Source: a virus | Virus record (IMG/VR): IMGVR_UViG_3300027798_000035 | Location: 1 to 64,000 of that record | DNA length: 64,000 nucleotides | Strand: one strand, 5' to 3' | Shown: piece after piece, positions 17,264 to 26,723 of the stretch | How the letters are laid out: each line of letters opens with the position of its first letter | Numbering within the stretch: the stretch's first letter is position 1 | Made by a program: the position numbers and the translations under genes | The notes under the pieces: generated by a model | What the model saw: only the letters and a program-made list of their open reading frames with translations | The model's database searches: none | Told to the model about the DNA's origin: nothing

Positions 17264-17527
17264 ATGGCCCCCCGTAAAGCAGAAGACCCAAAGCGGACAG
17301 CACAGTATTACCGAGATAACCCTGAGGCTCGTAAGAAAAAGGCTGAAACAGATAAGAAATTTAACGCTAAGCCTGAGCAGAAGGAGAAGCGCCGTGAACT
17401 CTCAGAGGAGCGACGCAAGCGTGGCATTATGGGTAAAGGTGGGGATGATCTGTCTCACACAAAAGATGGTAAATTAGTTAAGGAAGACCCATCCAAGAAT
17501 CGCGCCCGTAACCGAGGAAAGAAGTAA
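17264..17527 (+). CDS. Lys/Arg-rich protein with degenerate HNH-like motif
   Basis: AAGGAG RBS; RRKRGIMGKGGDDLSHTKDG...SKNRARN. Confidence 0.8.
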   Translation: MAPRKAEDPKRTAQYYRDNPEARKKKAETDKKFNAKPEQKEKRRELSEERRKRGIMGKGGDDLSHTKDGKLVKEDPSKNRARNRGKK

Positions 17528-17529
17528 CT

Positions 17530-17814
17530 ATGGCAACTAGTAAAAAGACTGAAGCGTGGACACGCTCTGAGGGCAAAGACCCCGAGGGTGGACTTAATGA
17601 AAAGGGGCGCAAGTCCTATGAAAAGGCAAATCCTGGTAGCGACCTTAAGCCACCAGTAAAGAAGGAACAAGCCGCTAAGTCTCCAAAGTCAGCGTCTCGT
17701 CGTGCCTCTTTTTGTGCGCGCATGGAGGGTATGAAAGAAAAGAACACTTCATCCAAAACTGCCAAAGACCCTAACTCCCGTATTAACAAATCTCTTCGTG
17801 CTTGGGACTGCTGA
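17530..17814 (+). CDS. DUF6321-like basic phage protein
   Basis: AWTRSEGKDPEGGLNEKGR...RRASFCARM...DPNSRINKSLRAWDC; family recalled from memory. Confidence 0.85.
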   Translation: MATSKKTEAWTRSEGKDPEGGLNEKGRKSYEKANPGSDLKPPVKKEQAAKSPKSASRRASFCARMEGMKEKNTSSKTAKDPNSRINKSLRAWDC

Positions 17815-17978
17815 TGGCTGCTAAAAAGAAGGTATGGGAAACCAAAGACCCCACTAAGTCTGATAAGAAACTAACCCCCGATCAGAAGGCTAAGGCAAAA
17901 GCCGCCGCCAAGGCCGCGGGCCGGCCTTACCCTAATCTTATTGACAATATGAAAGCGTCTAAGAAGGGAGGTAAATAA
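17814..17978 (+). CDS. small Lys/Ala-rich protein (54 aa)
   Basis: Manually translated MAAKKKVWETKDPTKSDKKLTPDQKAKAKAAAKAAGRPYPNLIDNMKASKKGGK; TGATG overlap. Confidence 0.8.
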   Translation: MAAKKKVWETKDPTKSDKKLTPDQKAKAKAAAKAAGRPYPNLIDNMKASKKGGK

Positions 17979-17979
17979 T

Positions 17980-18093
17980 ATGTGCACAGCATGTGGATGT
18001 GGTATCAAAGACAAGAAGGACCCTGGCTACGGAAAAGGTCCAGCAAAAGCCAAAAAGGCACCAGCCAAAAAGTCTCCCGCTAAAAAGAAGTGA
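17980..18093 (+). CDS. 37-aa peptide with CxxCGC motif and histone-H1-like PAKK tail
   Basis: Manually translated MCTACGCGIKDKKDPGYGKGPAKAKKAPAKKSPAKKK; GGAGG RBS. Confidence 0.75.
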   Translation: MCTACGCGIKDKKDPGYGKGPAKAKKAPAKKSPAKKK

Positions 18094-18095
18094 AT

Positions 18096-18126
18096 AACAA
18101 AAACACCCCCCGAAAGGGGGGTGTTT
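18096..18126. terminator. bidirectional intrinsic terminator between convergent operons
   Basis: AAACACCCCCC-GAAA-GGGGGGTGTTT, with an upstream A-tract that gives a U-tract on the minus strand. Confidence 0.9.
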
Positions 18127-18158
18127 CACATTGTGGCTACATTTTTAAATGAATGTGG

Positions 18159-18938
18159 CTACATCGCAAGGTGCTGTACTGCACTCAGCAGGTCTTCCAC
18201 ATGAGTGATCCTGTCATTAGCAAACAAGTAGCAAATTGAAGAACCATCAGAGCGATAGATGACTACTGAGGTAGCGGATGTTTCCTCAATGATTGCTGGC
18301 TCAACCAAACCAATGTCATCAAGACCATTCAGCAGGATACCAATGAGTTGTTCCTTGGTCGTAGTCTTCTCAATTTCAATACCAAGCAATTTAGCCTGAC
18401 GGCGCAGTGAAGCAATTGGTTGTGAGCGTAGTTCCGCCTCAGTGAATGCTCCCGATTCAGGAGCGTCAACAAACTCTTCAAGGGTTTCAACAACTGCGGG
18501 CGCTTCTTTAATTTCCTGAACATCAACGACATCAATTGGTGCAAGTGCATTTGTGAGGTCCAGCAAACGGATACCGCTGGCGTGAGCCTTAAGTAATGTG
18601 TCCTCAGTTTCGGGAGAGTCATCCCACAAAACGAGCAATGACTTTTCACCCGCTAATCGTTGTACATAGTTGAGTACTGCTGAGTTTGCATCCTCAGTGT
18701 CTTCCCAATCCTTGGCATCTTTTAAGACCGAGCGCGGAATACGATTACCGACCATGATGTATTCATGACCGAAGTCAATGATTGCGGTGTAGACGCGGTC
18801 AAGACTTTCGTCAGGCTTACCGCCGTACCACGGCAGGACAAAGATACTGCCATTGACTAGTTCGGACAATGAGTCTTCAATGATGTTGAGACTGGCGTTA
18901 CCTTTTCCGATAACACCAATAACTTTCTTGGTGGGCAT
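18159..18938 (-). CDS. SLOG/Rossmann-like domain plus Rho-N/HEH-like domain protein
   Basis: VIGVIGKG...LLVLWDDSPET...AHASGIRLLDL; L...PIASLRRQAKLLGI....TKEQLI. Confidence 0.5.
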   Translation of the reverse strand: MPTKKVIGVIGKGNASLNIIEDSLSELVNGSIFVLPWYGGKPDESLDRVYTAIIDFGHEYIMVGNRIPRSVLKDAKDWEDTEDANSAVLNYVQRLAGEKSLLVLWDDSPETEDTLLKAHASGIRLLDLTNALAPIDVVDVQEIKEAPAVVETLEEFVDAPESGAFTEAELRSQPIASLRRQAKLLGIEIEKTTTKEQLIGILLNGLDDIGLVEPAIIEETSATSVVIYRSDGSSICYLFANDRITHVEDLLSAVQHLAM

Positions 18939-18947
18939 GTTGTTCTC

Positions 18948-19202
18948 CTATTGGAAGGACTGGCGTATTGATGAATCACCTACGAGAGTGATCAATCGCA
19001 ACACCGAGTGAGTGGCACTGGCAATTGTAGCCATAGCCAACCCACTAAATACAACATCCTCTGAAGATATGAAGACAGAGATAATGATTCCCAGGATTGC
19101 CCCAGACAAAACAATGACCCAACCATTAAGTTTCTTTGGTAAGGCACTTGTAATGATATGGATAACTTTATAAACGGCTAAGCCGCCTATAAGTAAGGTC
19201 AT
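18948..19202 (-). CDS. small membrane protein (holin candidate)
   Basis: 84 aa with about three hydrophobic segments. Confidence 0.6.
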   Translation of the reverse strand: MTLLIGGLAVYKVIHIITSALPKKLNGWVIVLSGAILGIIISVFISSEDVVFSGLAMATIASATHSVLRLITLVGDSSIRQSFQ

Positions 19203-21472
19203 AATGCTGCTCCTGTGTATCCCGGAATTTGATTAAACCTCAGACTAGCAAGTGCATAAGTTGTTTCGGTTACAGGAACTATGTATTCAATCATTCTCTT
19301 GGTTGCCTCAACTACACGACGATAATCAGCAGTGTAGTACGAAAACTTTGTATGGGCCGTACTTGCACCCCAACGATAATCAGCCGCTCCTGCACCACCA
19401 GCCGCACCACCAAGCCACCCACCATTATCACTGTTGCCATCAAAATATTCACCAGGAGATGATGGCTCAAGTAATGGTTTACCGACTCGCAAAGGAGTTG
19501 TTGCTGTAGCCGTGGCAGTGATTTCTATATGATACAAGTATGAATTGCTTGGGTACCAAGGATAATTATCAACAAACTCTAATTTCCAATATTTACGCTT
19601 TGCAATACCTGAAATTACTGTTTCAATATAAGGAGTCGTGGCTGAGGCTAAGGTGATTGAACCATCTAGATTCTTTATGCTCACTTTAACAATATTATTT
19701 TCATAATCATCAATTGATAAGAAATAATCAGTACCACTGTTAATTGGTGTGTACTGCATACCACCATTGTTTACATCCGTGGATAATGTGACAGACGCCG
19801 AAGTGCTTGGCGTTCCAATAAACACTCTATTTGCAACAGCGGCAGATACTGTGCCAGAGGTGGTTGCTACTCGCCAATAAGCCACAGTGCTAGTTGCCTG
19901 TGATGAAGTACTCGGTGTATTTGTAAACTGCGGATCACGGACCAGGTTTAACCTACGAGAGTAAACATCTATGTAATAAGGATATCTATTTAGTGTAGTA
20001 ACTTTATTAGGAATAAGGTATAAAATACCTGTATCAGAAGATCGGGATGCAATCCACATATGTAAGTACAAGTCTGTTGTACCTAATGAGCCATTTCCAC
20101 ATACACCAAACTCAACGGGCCACTCAAAAACACTCGTAGAACCAGTCGTAGTGGTTCTAATAAAGTTAGGAAGTGTCGTAGAGGCACCCGTTAACGGAGC
20201 ATAGGAAACTGATGCGCTTGGTATTACTGACGCTCCTAACCAGCAACCAACAACGCTTGCCCCCAAGCCGCTGTATGCTGCACCAAAATCCATGTACAAG
20301 CGACTTGCTTGGCTAACACTTTGTACTTTTGTTTTTAAGCAAGCCATCTGAACGCTTGCGCCACTTGAATGTGTGATGGCTAAAGCCTTAGTTGTCGTAA
20401 ACATATTTGAGTATGGGTAGGCACTAGCGGCGGTCATGGTGTGTGCTGAACTTTGCAACAACCACTGGTTAGTAGCAGGAACAGCGGATGCAGAGGTAGT
20501 TACTGATGCGGAAGTCATAGCGTGATGAGTACTAGTCAGTAGATCAGGTTGAGAGGCGTTAATACGGGTATTACAACCGCTGATAGCCGTAATATATTCC
20601 TCTACACCAGTAATCAAACCCTCATTCTGAGTCAGATATGTAAAGTCAGCAATTAACTCACGGAGTTTTGCGGTACCTAGATCAGCAACTGTCAGCGGTA
20701 ACCCTACTTCTACAGCCAGTTTTTCAACCATTTCGCTGTTAGCAACAAATGGGTCTTTTTGTCTCATCACATAATCAATGATTGTTTTGATGACATTGAT
20801 TTCCCAACCAAAGACATCAAGCATGCGTTGTAATGGTCCGGCTATTTTAAGGTGCTCAGGGAGACCTACTATTTTGTTATAGTAAGGATCATTTGTGGGG
20901 ATTAATAGATTAGTTAAACCAATCTGCTCGTCCTGAACTCTGTAATGTAATGGTATTCTTCGGAAAAGATTGTCAGAGTAACCATAATCCTTAGGTACAA
21001 GTACCTCAGTTGAGACAACTCGTTCATACCATGATCTGCTATCAGTTGATTCGTACTTAGCAAACAGCGTGTAGTAAACCCATTTACCACTAGGTAAGTC
21101 AGTATGTGTAAACGACGAGGCGCTATTCTCTGCTTTTATTTGAATAAGGGATGTACCCTCAGCAAGTGTTTGCGGTGGCCCAACTAACGAATAGCGCAAA
21201 TCTAGCGTTGTAACAGCAGGTATTGACACAACCGTTGTAGCCAATTCTGTTGTAATGCCCCATGATAGGTAAACCTTGTCATAGTCAGTTGGTGATGCTG
21301 ATAAAAATGATGAAGACCCAGGAACACTTGTTGGAGTAGTCACATAGCCATCAGCCCTTAATGCCGATGGGTTATCTGCACCATAGTTAACAGAAGCAGC
21401 CTGAAGAAATGATCCAGTAGTACTAGCCGCACTACCAACATTACTTTTTAGTGTAAAAGATATACGGGCCAT
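19199..21472 (-). CDS. baseplate wedge/tail protein
   Basis: Directly after the baseplate J-like gene; LFRRIPLHYR...LQRMLDVFGWE...G...GVEEYITAISG (P2 gpI-like); YFDG at the C-terminus. Confidence 0.75.
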   Translation of the reverse strand: MARISFTLKSNVGSAASTTGSFLQAASVNYGADNPSALRADGYVTTPTSVPGSSSFLSASPTDYDKVYLSWGITTELATTVVSIPAVTTLDLRYSLVGPPQTLAEGTSLIQIKAENSASSFTHTDLPSGKWVYYTLFAKYESTDSRSWYERVVSTEVLVPKDYGYSDNLFRRIPLHYRVQDEQIGLTNLLIPTNDPYYNKIVGLPEHLKIAGPLQRMLDVFGWEINVIKTIIDYVMRQKDPFVANSEMVEKLAVEVGLPLTVADLGTAKLRELIADFTYLTQNEGLITGVEEYITAISGCNTRINASQPDLLTSTHHAMTSASVTTSASAVPATNQWLLQSSAHTMTAASAYPYSNMFTTTKALAITHSSGASVQMACLKTKVQSVSQASRLYMDFGAAYSGLGASVVGCWLGASVIPSASVSYAPLTGASTTLPNFIRTTTTGSTSVFEWPVEFGVCGNGSLGTTDLYLHMWIASRSSDTGILYLIPNKVTTLNRYPYYIDVYSRRLNLVRDPQFTNTPSTSSQATSTVAYWRVATTSGTVSAAVANRVFIGTPSTSASVTLSTDVNNGGMQYTPINSGTDYFLSIDDYENNIVKVSIKNLDGSITLASATTPYIETVISGIAKRKYWKLEFVDNYPWYPSNSYLYHIEITATATATTPLRVGKPLLEPSSPGEYFDGNSDNGGWLGGAAGGAGAADYRWGASTAHTKFSYYTADYRRVVEATKRMIEYIVPVTETTYALASLRFNQIPGYTGAAL

Positions 21473-22977
21473 TAGACTGCTGTCACTCCTCCAAATGGAT
21501 CAATATCAACAATACCTAATTTAGGAAGTTTATTAGACGCTACAACAATTTTTCCATTTGTATCAATTGTAGTAGACCCACCTGATGTAGTTGTAAATCC
21601 CTTAACAATCACATAGTCAACCCCAGCAATAGACATTGCTGTTCGGTATACCTCTCCCACCGTCACTGTCTGTCCGAATGATACATTACTAAAGTTGAAT
21701 AACTCTTCTAATGCAGATTTTACCTCTGCTTCAACCACTGATTGGATATAGTTAGATTTTACATACAAGTCTAAGTAATTATAAATTTTAGTAAAACTAA
21801 CTGAAGAAGGAACACTAATTAGCGTTACCCCAAGCATTGCACTTTCTAATAACTCTCGTGAAACACGGTCACGCAAATCTTGAGCAACACTTACTGAGGC
21901 AGCACCATCAGTTAAGTATGCAGTCTGATTAGCAATAACTGTTGCTGTAATAGAGGCACCAGTAGACGCTGATCCAAGATATGAAATAACAGCCTTAGAT
22001 ACACCTTGAGTTATTAAGGCAATATCACCAAAGTCTGACAAGGTTACGGCACCATTGCGGGTACGCACAGTACTAGGAATAGCCTGTTTAATAGAATCAA
22101 TTGTTTCAAAGTCTAAGCCACCACCAGCCGCTACAGCATTGGTTACATTAGTGATTGTTGGATACAAACTATTACCAATGGTGGTGATAGTTCCTGCTGA
22201 AACATTACCAGTAGACCCAGACGATTGAATGTAAGTAACTGTAATTGGAGAGTTAATTGGTGGAATTCTTCCGTTGATTCCATTACCAAACACAACCTGA
22301 GTTACTCCCGAGGAAGTAACCGCTACTGAGAATACTGAGTCATCAGGACCATACGGGACAAGGCTGTTAACTCGTGTCCAAGTCTTAATTTCTCCAAACG
22401 AACCTTCAGCAATATTAACAACTACAGATTCTGCATCCACACTTTGGCGATAGATGTTAAATCTTTGACTAGCATTACCAGTACTTTTAGTTGAGTTAGC
22501 ATTACTATCTGAAATAGCAGGTTCATCCAAGTATTTAACACCCTGACGAACAACTACAGTACCATTTGATAATGCCGAAATGGTTGTTGCTGTTTCATTA
22601 AAAAAGTACAAACCACTCGTTGACACAAATGGTGTATTTGCCGCAATACTTACAGATGCCGCACCACTATTAGTAAGCGTCAAAGTAGCAGTTGATGAAC
22701 GCATATAGTTAGGGGTATAGCCGTAGAGGCTTGCCATTGCCAAAACGCTTTCGCGCTGTGTAGCAGTTGTTAGAAATGCTTCAGTAGAAGCGCGGTCAAT
22801 GTAGTAGTGCATGATGTCTGCGTTGTACGCCCATAGGTCAATCAATGTTGACATAAAGTCCGAGGTGTCATTTCCAGACCATTCCGGAATAGAACTAGTG
22901 GCTCGTTCCTGGAGGGACAAGCGGATGGCGTTATAGTCTCGCGCTGTGTAATCAAAATTAGGCATAGATATCCTCAC
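21472..22977 (-). CDS. baseplate J-like / T4 gp6-like wedge protein
   Basis: DYTARDY...YYIDR...EAFLTTATQRESV...GY; FGNGINGRIP; GGG.D.ETID.IK...RNGAVT..DF. Confidence 0.92.
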   Translation of the reverse strand: MRISMPNFDYTARDYNAIRLSLQERATSSIPEWSGNDTSDFMSTLIDLWAYNADIMHYYIDRASTEAFLTTATQRESVLAMASLYGYTPNYMRSSTATLTLTNSGAASVSIAANTPFVSTSGLYFFNETATTISALSNGTVVVRQGVKYLDEPAISDSNANSTKSTGNASQRFNIYRQSVDAESVVVNIAEGSFGEIKTWTRVNSLVPYGPDDSVFSVAVTSSGVTQVVFGNGINGRIPPINSPITVTYIQSSGSTGNVSAGTITTIGNSLYPTITNVTNAVAAGGGLDFETIDSIKQAIPSTVRTRNGAVTLSDFGDIALITQGVSKAVISYLGSASTGASITATVIANQTAYLTDGAASVSVAQDLRDRVSRELLESAMLGVTLISVPSSVSFTKIYNYLDLYVKSNYIQSVVEAEVKSALEELFNFSNVSFGQTVTVGEVYRTAMSIAGVDYVIVKGFTTTSGGSTTIDTNGKIVVASNKLPKLGIVDIDPFGGVTAV

Positions 22978-23359
22978 TCAAGAAGTCGCTCACACTCAGT
23001 GTAACACTGGATTTTTGTGATGGTAATATTTCATAAAATACAGATATAGATATGGATGCCTGTGTATTTGACATTTGGCTTTGGTCATTATCTGATATAA
23101 CAATATCTCGGATAGTCACACCACGAACATGATCAGAGATTTCTCGCATAGCAACTTCTTTAAAATCTTCCCAAATAAGTGGGTCAATTAATTCGTAAAG
23201 CATGGCATATGCCCCAACACCATAATCAGGGTGCATGACTCGTTCTTCCCTGGATACTGTCAGGACATCTAAAATCTGTTGTTTGACAATGGCGTCAAAG
23301 TCACCAACGGTGGCAACTTTTCCATTTTTAAATTGAAATGGCATATATATTGCTTTCAT
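22958..23359 (-). CDS. gp25/gpW-like baseplate wedge (sheath initiator)
   Basis: PF....G....VKQQILDVL.V..EERVMHPDYG. Confidence 0.9.
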   Translation of the reverse strand: MKAIYMPFQFKNGKVATVGDFDAIVKQQILDVLTVSREERVMHPDYGVGAYAMLYELIDPLIWEDFKEVAMREISDHVRGVTIRDIVISDNDQSQMSNTQASISISVFYEILPSQKSSVTLSVSDFLSEDIYA

Positions 23360-23475
23360 TTTATATCACCTTGTGTATTTTTATATAAATCATAAATACA
23401 CAATGAAACATAACTACTCATAATAACTGTCAAAATAAGAGTTATTGAAAATCCTTTAATAATTAACTTAGACAT
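23356..23475 (-). CDS. 39-aa single-TM peptide
   Basis: Manually translated MSKLIIKGFSITLILTVIMSSYVSLCIYDLYKNTQGDIK; GGAGG RBS; stop overlaps the gp25 ATG; very AT-rich. Confidence 0.5.
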   Translation of the reverse strand: MSKLIIKGFSITLILTVIMSSYVSLCIYDLYKNTQGDIK

Positions 23476-24631
23476 AGATATCCTCCATCTGTCTAGATGA
23501 TCGCCAAGTATTATTTACAAACGCTGATTCTGGTACCTCAGGCATATTTGACCGCATAGTCATGTATGCATTGATATCGTTAGTGTCGTTTCGTGAAACT
23601 GTCATTTGGGTAAAGAATTCGTCACGAGTAACCGTATGCGTAACTTCTTTTACATACCAAAAACCTTCAAAGTTAGATTCAAAGTTAGAGATACTAACGA
23701 TCCCACCAGGTAGTACTCCCGCAGTTCCAGTAAGAGATAACCTTGCGGTAAGGGTGCTGATACCACGATTGTGTGCAGAAACAAGAGTATCTGCCATAGT
23801 AGTAGAAGTAGCATTAACACTGACGCTGTCAGTAATTCCTAAATCAATTTGTTTACCAAACCCCGTGGTCTCACTAAACTTATTTGAAGTGTAGGTATTA
23901 CCTTGGTTATCTAATACGGTTGCTGATACTGAATGTCCACTTAATGGGTCAATAGAGTCACCAAAAGTACCTTGCATGGATAATATTACTGCGGGGTATG
24001 TCTTAACATCACCATTACGCGCTTTAATGTTTTTTAGTTCATGATAAGAGATTTGTCGGCCCAATGAGTTCATAGGGTTCCATACATGTATATGTGTTCC
24101 ATGCATTGACACAGATAATCCATACATTTTGGCAACCTTATTTAGGAACTCCCAGTCTGATTCTTCCGACTGGACAATGCGGGGGTAAGAAAATGATTCG
24201 GTCACAGAGGAAACACTGAACTTATATTCGTCTGCCAATGCTGTAGCAACACTTTGAATAGATGCGTTTTCCCATAGTCGTGTCTTTTTAGCGCGCATTT
24301 TGTAGGATGCACCCATACATACAAGTTCAACCAACTGAAAGACGCTTCCATTGATAATGCCATCAGAGTTTTTAAACGAAGGCTCAACTGAGGCAACATA
24401 TCCACAGAATTCATGCTTATCTATGCCAAAGCCCCAATAACAAAGAACGGGTTTAGATAAATATTCGGTAAGCAACTGTGGTGGCACTCCAGCCACACGG
24501 ACACGCAGGATGTCATGCTGGTTCTCAGCAAGACCTAATTCTATTTGAACAATAGACATATATCGCATAGGGGCGTTGTCTATCACAAAGTTAATATTTG
24601 GTGATATGCGACTATGCGATGTAAAAATCAT
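23468..24631 (-). CDS. baseplate hub (P2 gpD / gp27-like)
   Basis: QSEESDWEFLNKVAK; G...VLPG..V.I......GFWYVKEVTH. Confidence 0.88.
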   Translation of the reverse strand: MIFTSHSRISPNINFVIDNAPMRYMSIVQIELGLAENQHDILRVRVAGVPPQLLTEYLSKPVLCYWGFGIDKHEFCGYVASVEPSFKNSDGIINGSVFQLVELVCMGASYKMRAKKTRLWENASIQSVATALADEYKFSVSSVTESFSYPRIVQSEESDWEFLNKVAKMYGLSVSMHGTHIHVWNPMNSLGRQISYHELKNIKARNGDVKTYPAVILSMQGTFGDSIDPLSGHSVSATVLDNQGNTYTSNKFSETTGFGKQIDLGITDSVSVNATSTTMADTLVSAHNRGISTLTARLSLTGTAGVLPGGIVSISNFESNFEGFWYVKEVTHTVTRDEFFTQMTVSRNDTNDINAYMTMRSNMPEVPESAFVNNTWRSSRQMEDIYV

Positions 24632-24888
24632 TTGATTGGAATCCTAACCAAAGTACCCACAGGGATTTCATCAGGAAAAGGGACATGCGGGTTTAGGTCC
24701 GCAATCTCCCAGTATCGTTCTGAATCAAAAAGAGCACGATAGGCAATGCGATCAAAAGTATCACCCTCAATAGAGGTATAAACATAGTACCTTGAACCAC
24801 TCCCATACTTACGGGTAGAAATGTAGGAACCACTACCATCAGGTGATGGTTGCGTGGAATAACGGGATATTGATTGCACAAACGCCAT
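24628..24888 (-). CDS. LysM/gpX-like tail protein
   Basis: EGDTFDRIAYR...YWEIADLNP...IPVGTLVRIP. Confidence 0.88.
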   Translation of the reverse strand: MAFVQSISRYSTQPSPDGSGSYISTRKYGSGSRYYVYTSIEGDTFDRIAYRALFDSERYWEIADLNPHVPFPDEIPVGTLVRIPIK

Positions 24889-24890
24889 GG

Positions 24891-26723
24891 TTATTTAATT
24901 CCTTTTTGAAAATCAACATGTTTAAAACATATGCTTTTTGCGTACAAGGCGCTGGTATCTTTAATAGTTGTTGAGTACACCGATTTATTAGAACTATTTG
25001 CCTTAGATATCCTTGCAGCAAATGCTATTTCAATATCCAAGATCAATGGCGTCATTAGTTTATTTGCAGATAGTGCTCCGCTTAAATATAAGTCTTCTGC
25101 TTTGTCCTTTGATGCACCTGATTCTCTAAATATTCCATTAATTATATTGTCGTAAGCAGGGTCTCTAGTCCTATCTTCACTTCCATAACTGCACCATTTT
25201 TTCCATGAGTCAAAATCAGTAGCAACTGCTTTTTGACCAGTAATGTCCAAAAGAAGAACATCACGACTCATAGTGGAGCCATACTTAGTCCCTGGTCCCT
25301 TTTTTGCACCTGATGCTGTTACACCATTTTGTTTTTCTTGATCTTTTTCAGTACCTGCAAAGGATCGCCATAACTTAATTGTTGGTTGATGTTCAATAGA
25401 TAACTCATAGTTTGAGTCATAAAACAGTTTATTAAGCCCTTTGTAATTTGATGGTTGTCCTTGGAATAACTCAACATTAACAAACCCAGCAACTAACAGA
25501 AATGTTTCATAATCTAATATTTTATGAATTTGTTCGTAACCCCTATTACTCAACACTCCATCAAGTGGGTTATACAATCCATAGTTTCTTTCACTATCGT
25601 CATAGAAATAGGCATTATCTAGTGGGTTGTTAAATGGTGGATGATCATTAGTGCTGGTACCACCAACAGCAATTTGATACTTTCCTGACTCTTTAAGTGC
25701 CGCAACAAGTAGATCATAGTCAGTACCCTTTTTAATTTCAGGTAATGGAGTAGCACCACCAGCACCAGGTGAATTAGGAGCAGGAATCAACTCATTTAGT
25801 GACTTTGTTAAGTATGTATCTTTCTTAGCAAAACCAATATACTTTGCCTCAACAGTTACATTAATGGTACACATAGTTGGTACCATTTTTGTGTTGAATT
25901 TAGTGAAGTTGACAGAAGATGATTGAATAAATCCATCAACCATAAACATAGATGAGAAGACAATCCGAACAGGTGTGCTAACTAGAAAAGCGCTGTTTCC
26001 TTTAACTGCCTCAAATGCGCGAGTTGCTTCTGTTTCTGAAATAAAGTTAGAAGTTGCAGATGCTCCTGAAGAAGAGTCAGCAGGTTCCCATGTACTAGAA
26101 AGACTGGTCATCTTAGATAAAGCAGAAATAATATCTTGAGAGATACCCTGACCAATAACACTGTCCATAACCATTAGGTCTGCGAGCACACCAATTTGCC
26201 CAACATCTTGAGATGTTGGTGTTCCTACTACTTTTTTTTCATTTCCAGGAGTGCCAGGAAAACCACCACGCCAAGGACCACGGTCTTCAGTTGTTTGTTT
26301 ACCTGAAAAGTTAGTGTGATTATTAACTTCCATTTCTCGGTTAAGCAAAATGTCAAATGAGAAAGTGGCGTTACCTGGAGTTGCAACTGAGAACTGTCCT
26401 GGGTCTTGGAATAACATGTTTGTCATCCCACTAGAGAGTGAAACGCTACGCATAATGCGTTCAGGGTTAAATTGAAAGAAGAAGCGTCGGTTAGGCAAAC
26501 TCTGTGCTGCACCAGTTGGAACTTCATCCAATAGGCACCGCATAAATCCTCGGTGTATCGTGGTATCTGTTTTCCCAATACCAAGGTTTTTACGAAGTTT
26601 TCCTGGGAACATAAACTCAGGATTGTCTTTATCAGTGCGCGCTAAATTATTGTGATTACCTGGACCACTTACACCATTTGGCAAGTTGTACCACTGATTT
26701 GATGTATAAGAGTTAATTGCCAT
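24891..26723 (-). CDS. tail tube initiator-like protein
   Basis: FFFQFNPERI...FSFDILLNR...PVRIVF...GFI.S..VNF.KFN..MVP....INVTV; located between the TMP and LysM genes. Confidence 0.7.
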   Translation of the reverse strand: MAINSYTSNQWYNLPNGVSGPGNHNNLARTDKDNPEFMFPGKLRKNLGIGKTDTTIHRGFMRCLLDEVPTGAAQSLPNRRFFFQFNPERIMRSVSLSSGMTNMLFQDPGQFSVATPGNATFSFDILLNREMEVNNHTNFSGKQTTEDRGPWRGGFPGTPGNEKKVVGTPTSQDVGQIGVLADLMVMDSVIGQGISQDIISALSKMTSLSSTWEPADSSSGASATSNFISETEATRAFEAVKGNSAFLVSTPVRIVFSSMFMVDGFIQSSSVNFTKFNTKMVPTMCTINVTVEAKYIGFAKKDTYLTKSLNELIPAPNSPGAGGATPLPEIKKGTDYDLLVAALKESGKYQIAVGGTSTNDHPPFNNPLDNAYFYDDSERNYGLYNPLDGVLSNRGYEQIHKILDYETFLLVAGFVNVELFQGQPSNYKGLNKLFYDSNYELSIEHQPTIKLWRSFAGTEKDQEKQNGVTASGAKKGPGTKYGSTMSRDVLLLDITGQKAVATDFDSWKKWCSYGSEDRTRDPAYDNIINGIFRESGASKDKAEDLYLSGALSANKLMTPLILDIEIAFAARISKANSSNKSVYSTTIKDTSALYAKSICFKHVDFQKGIK

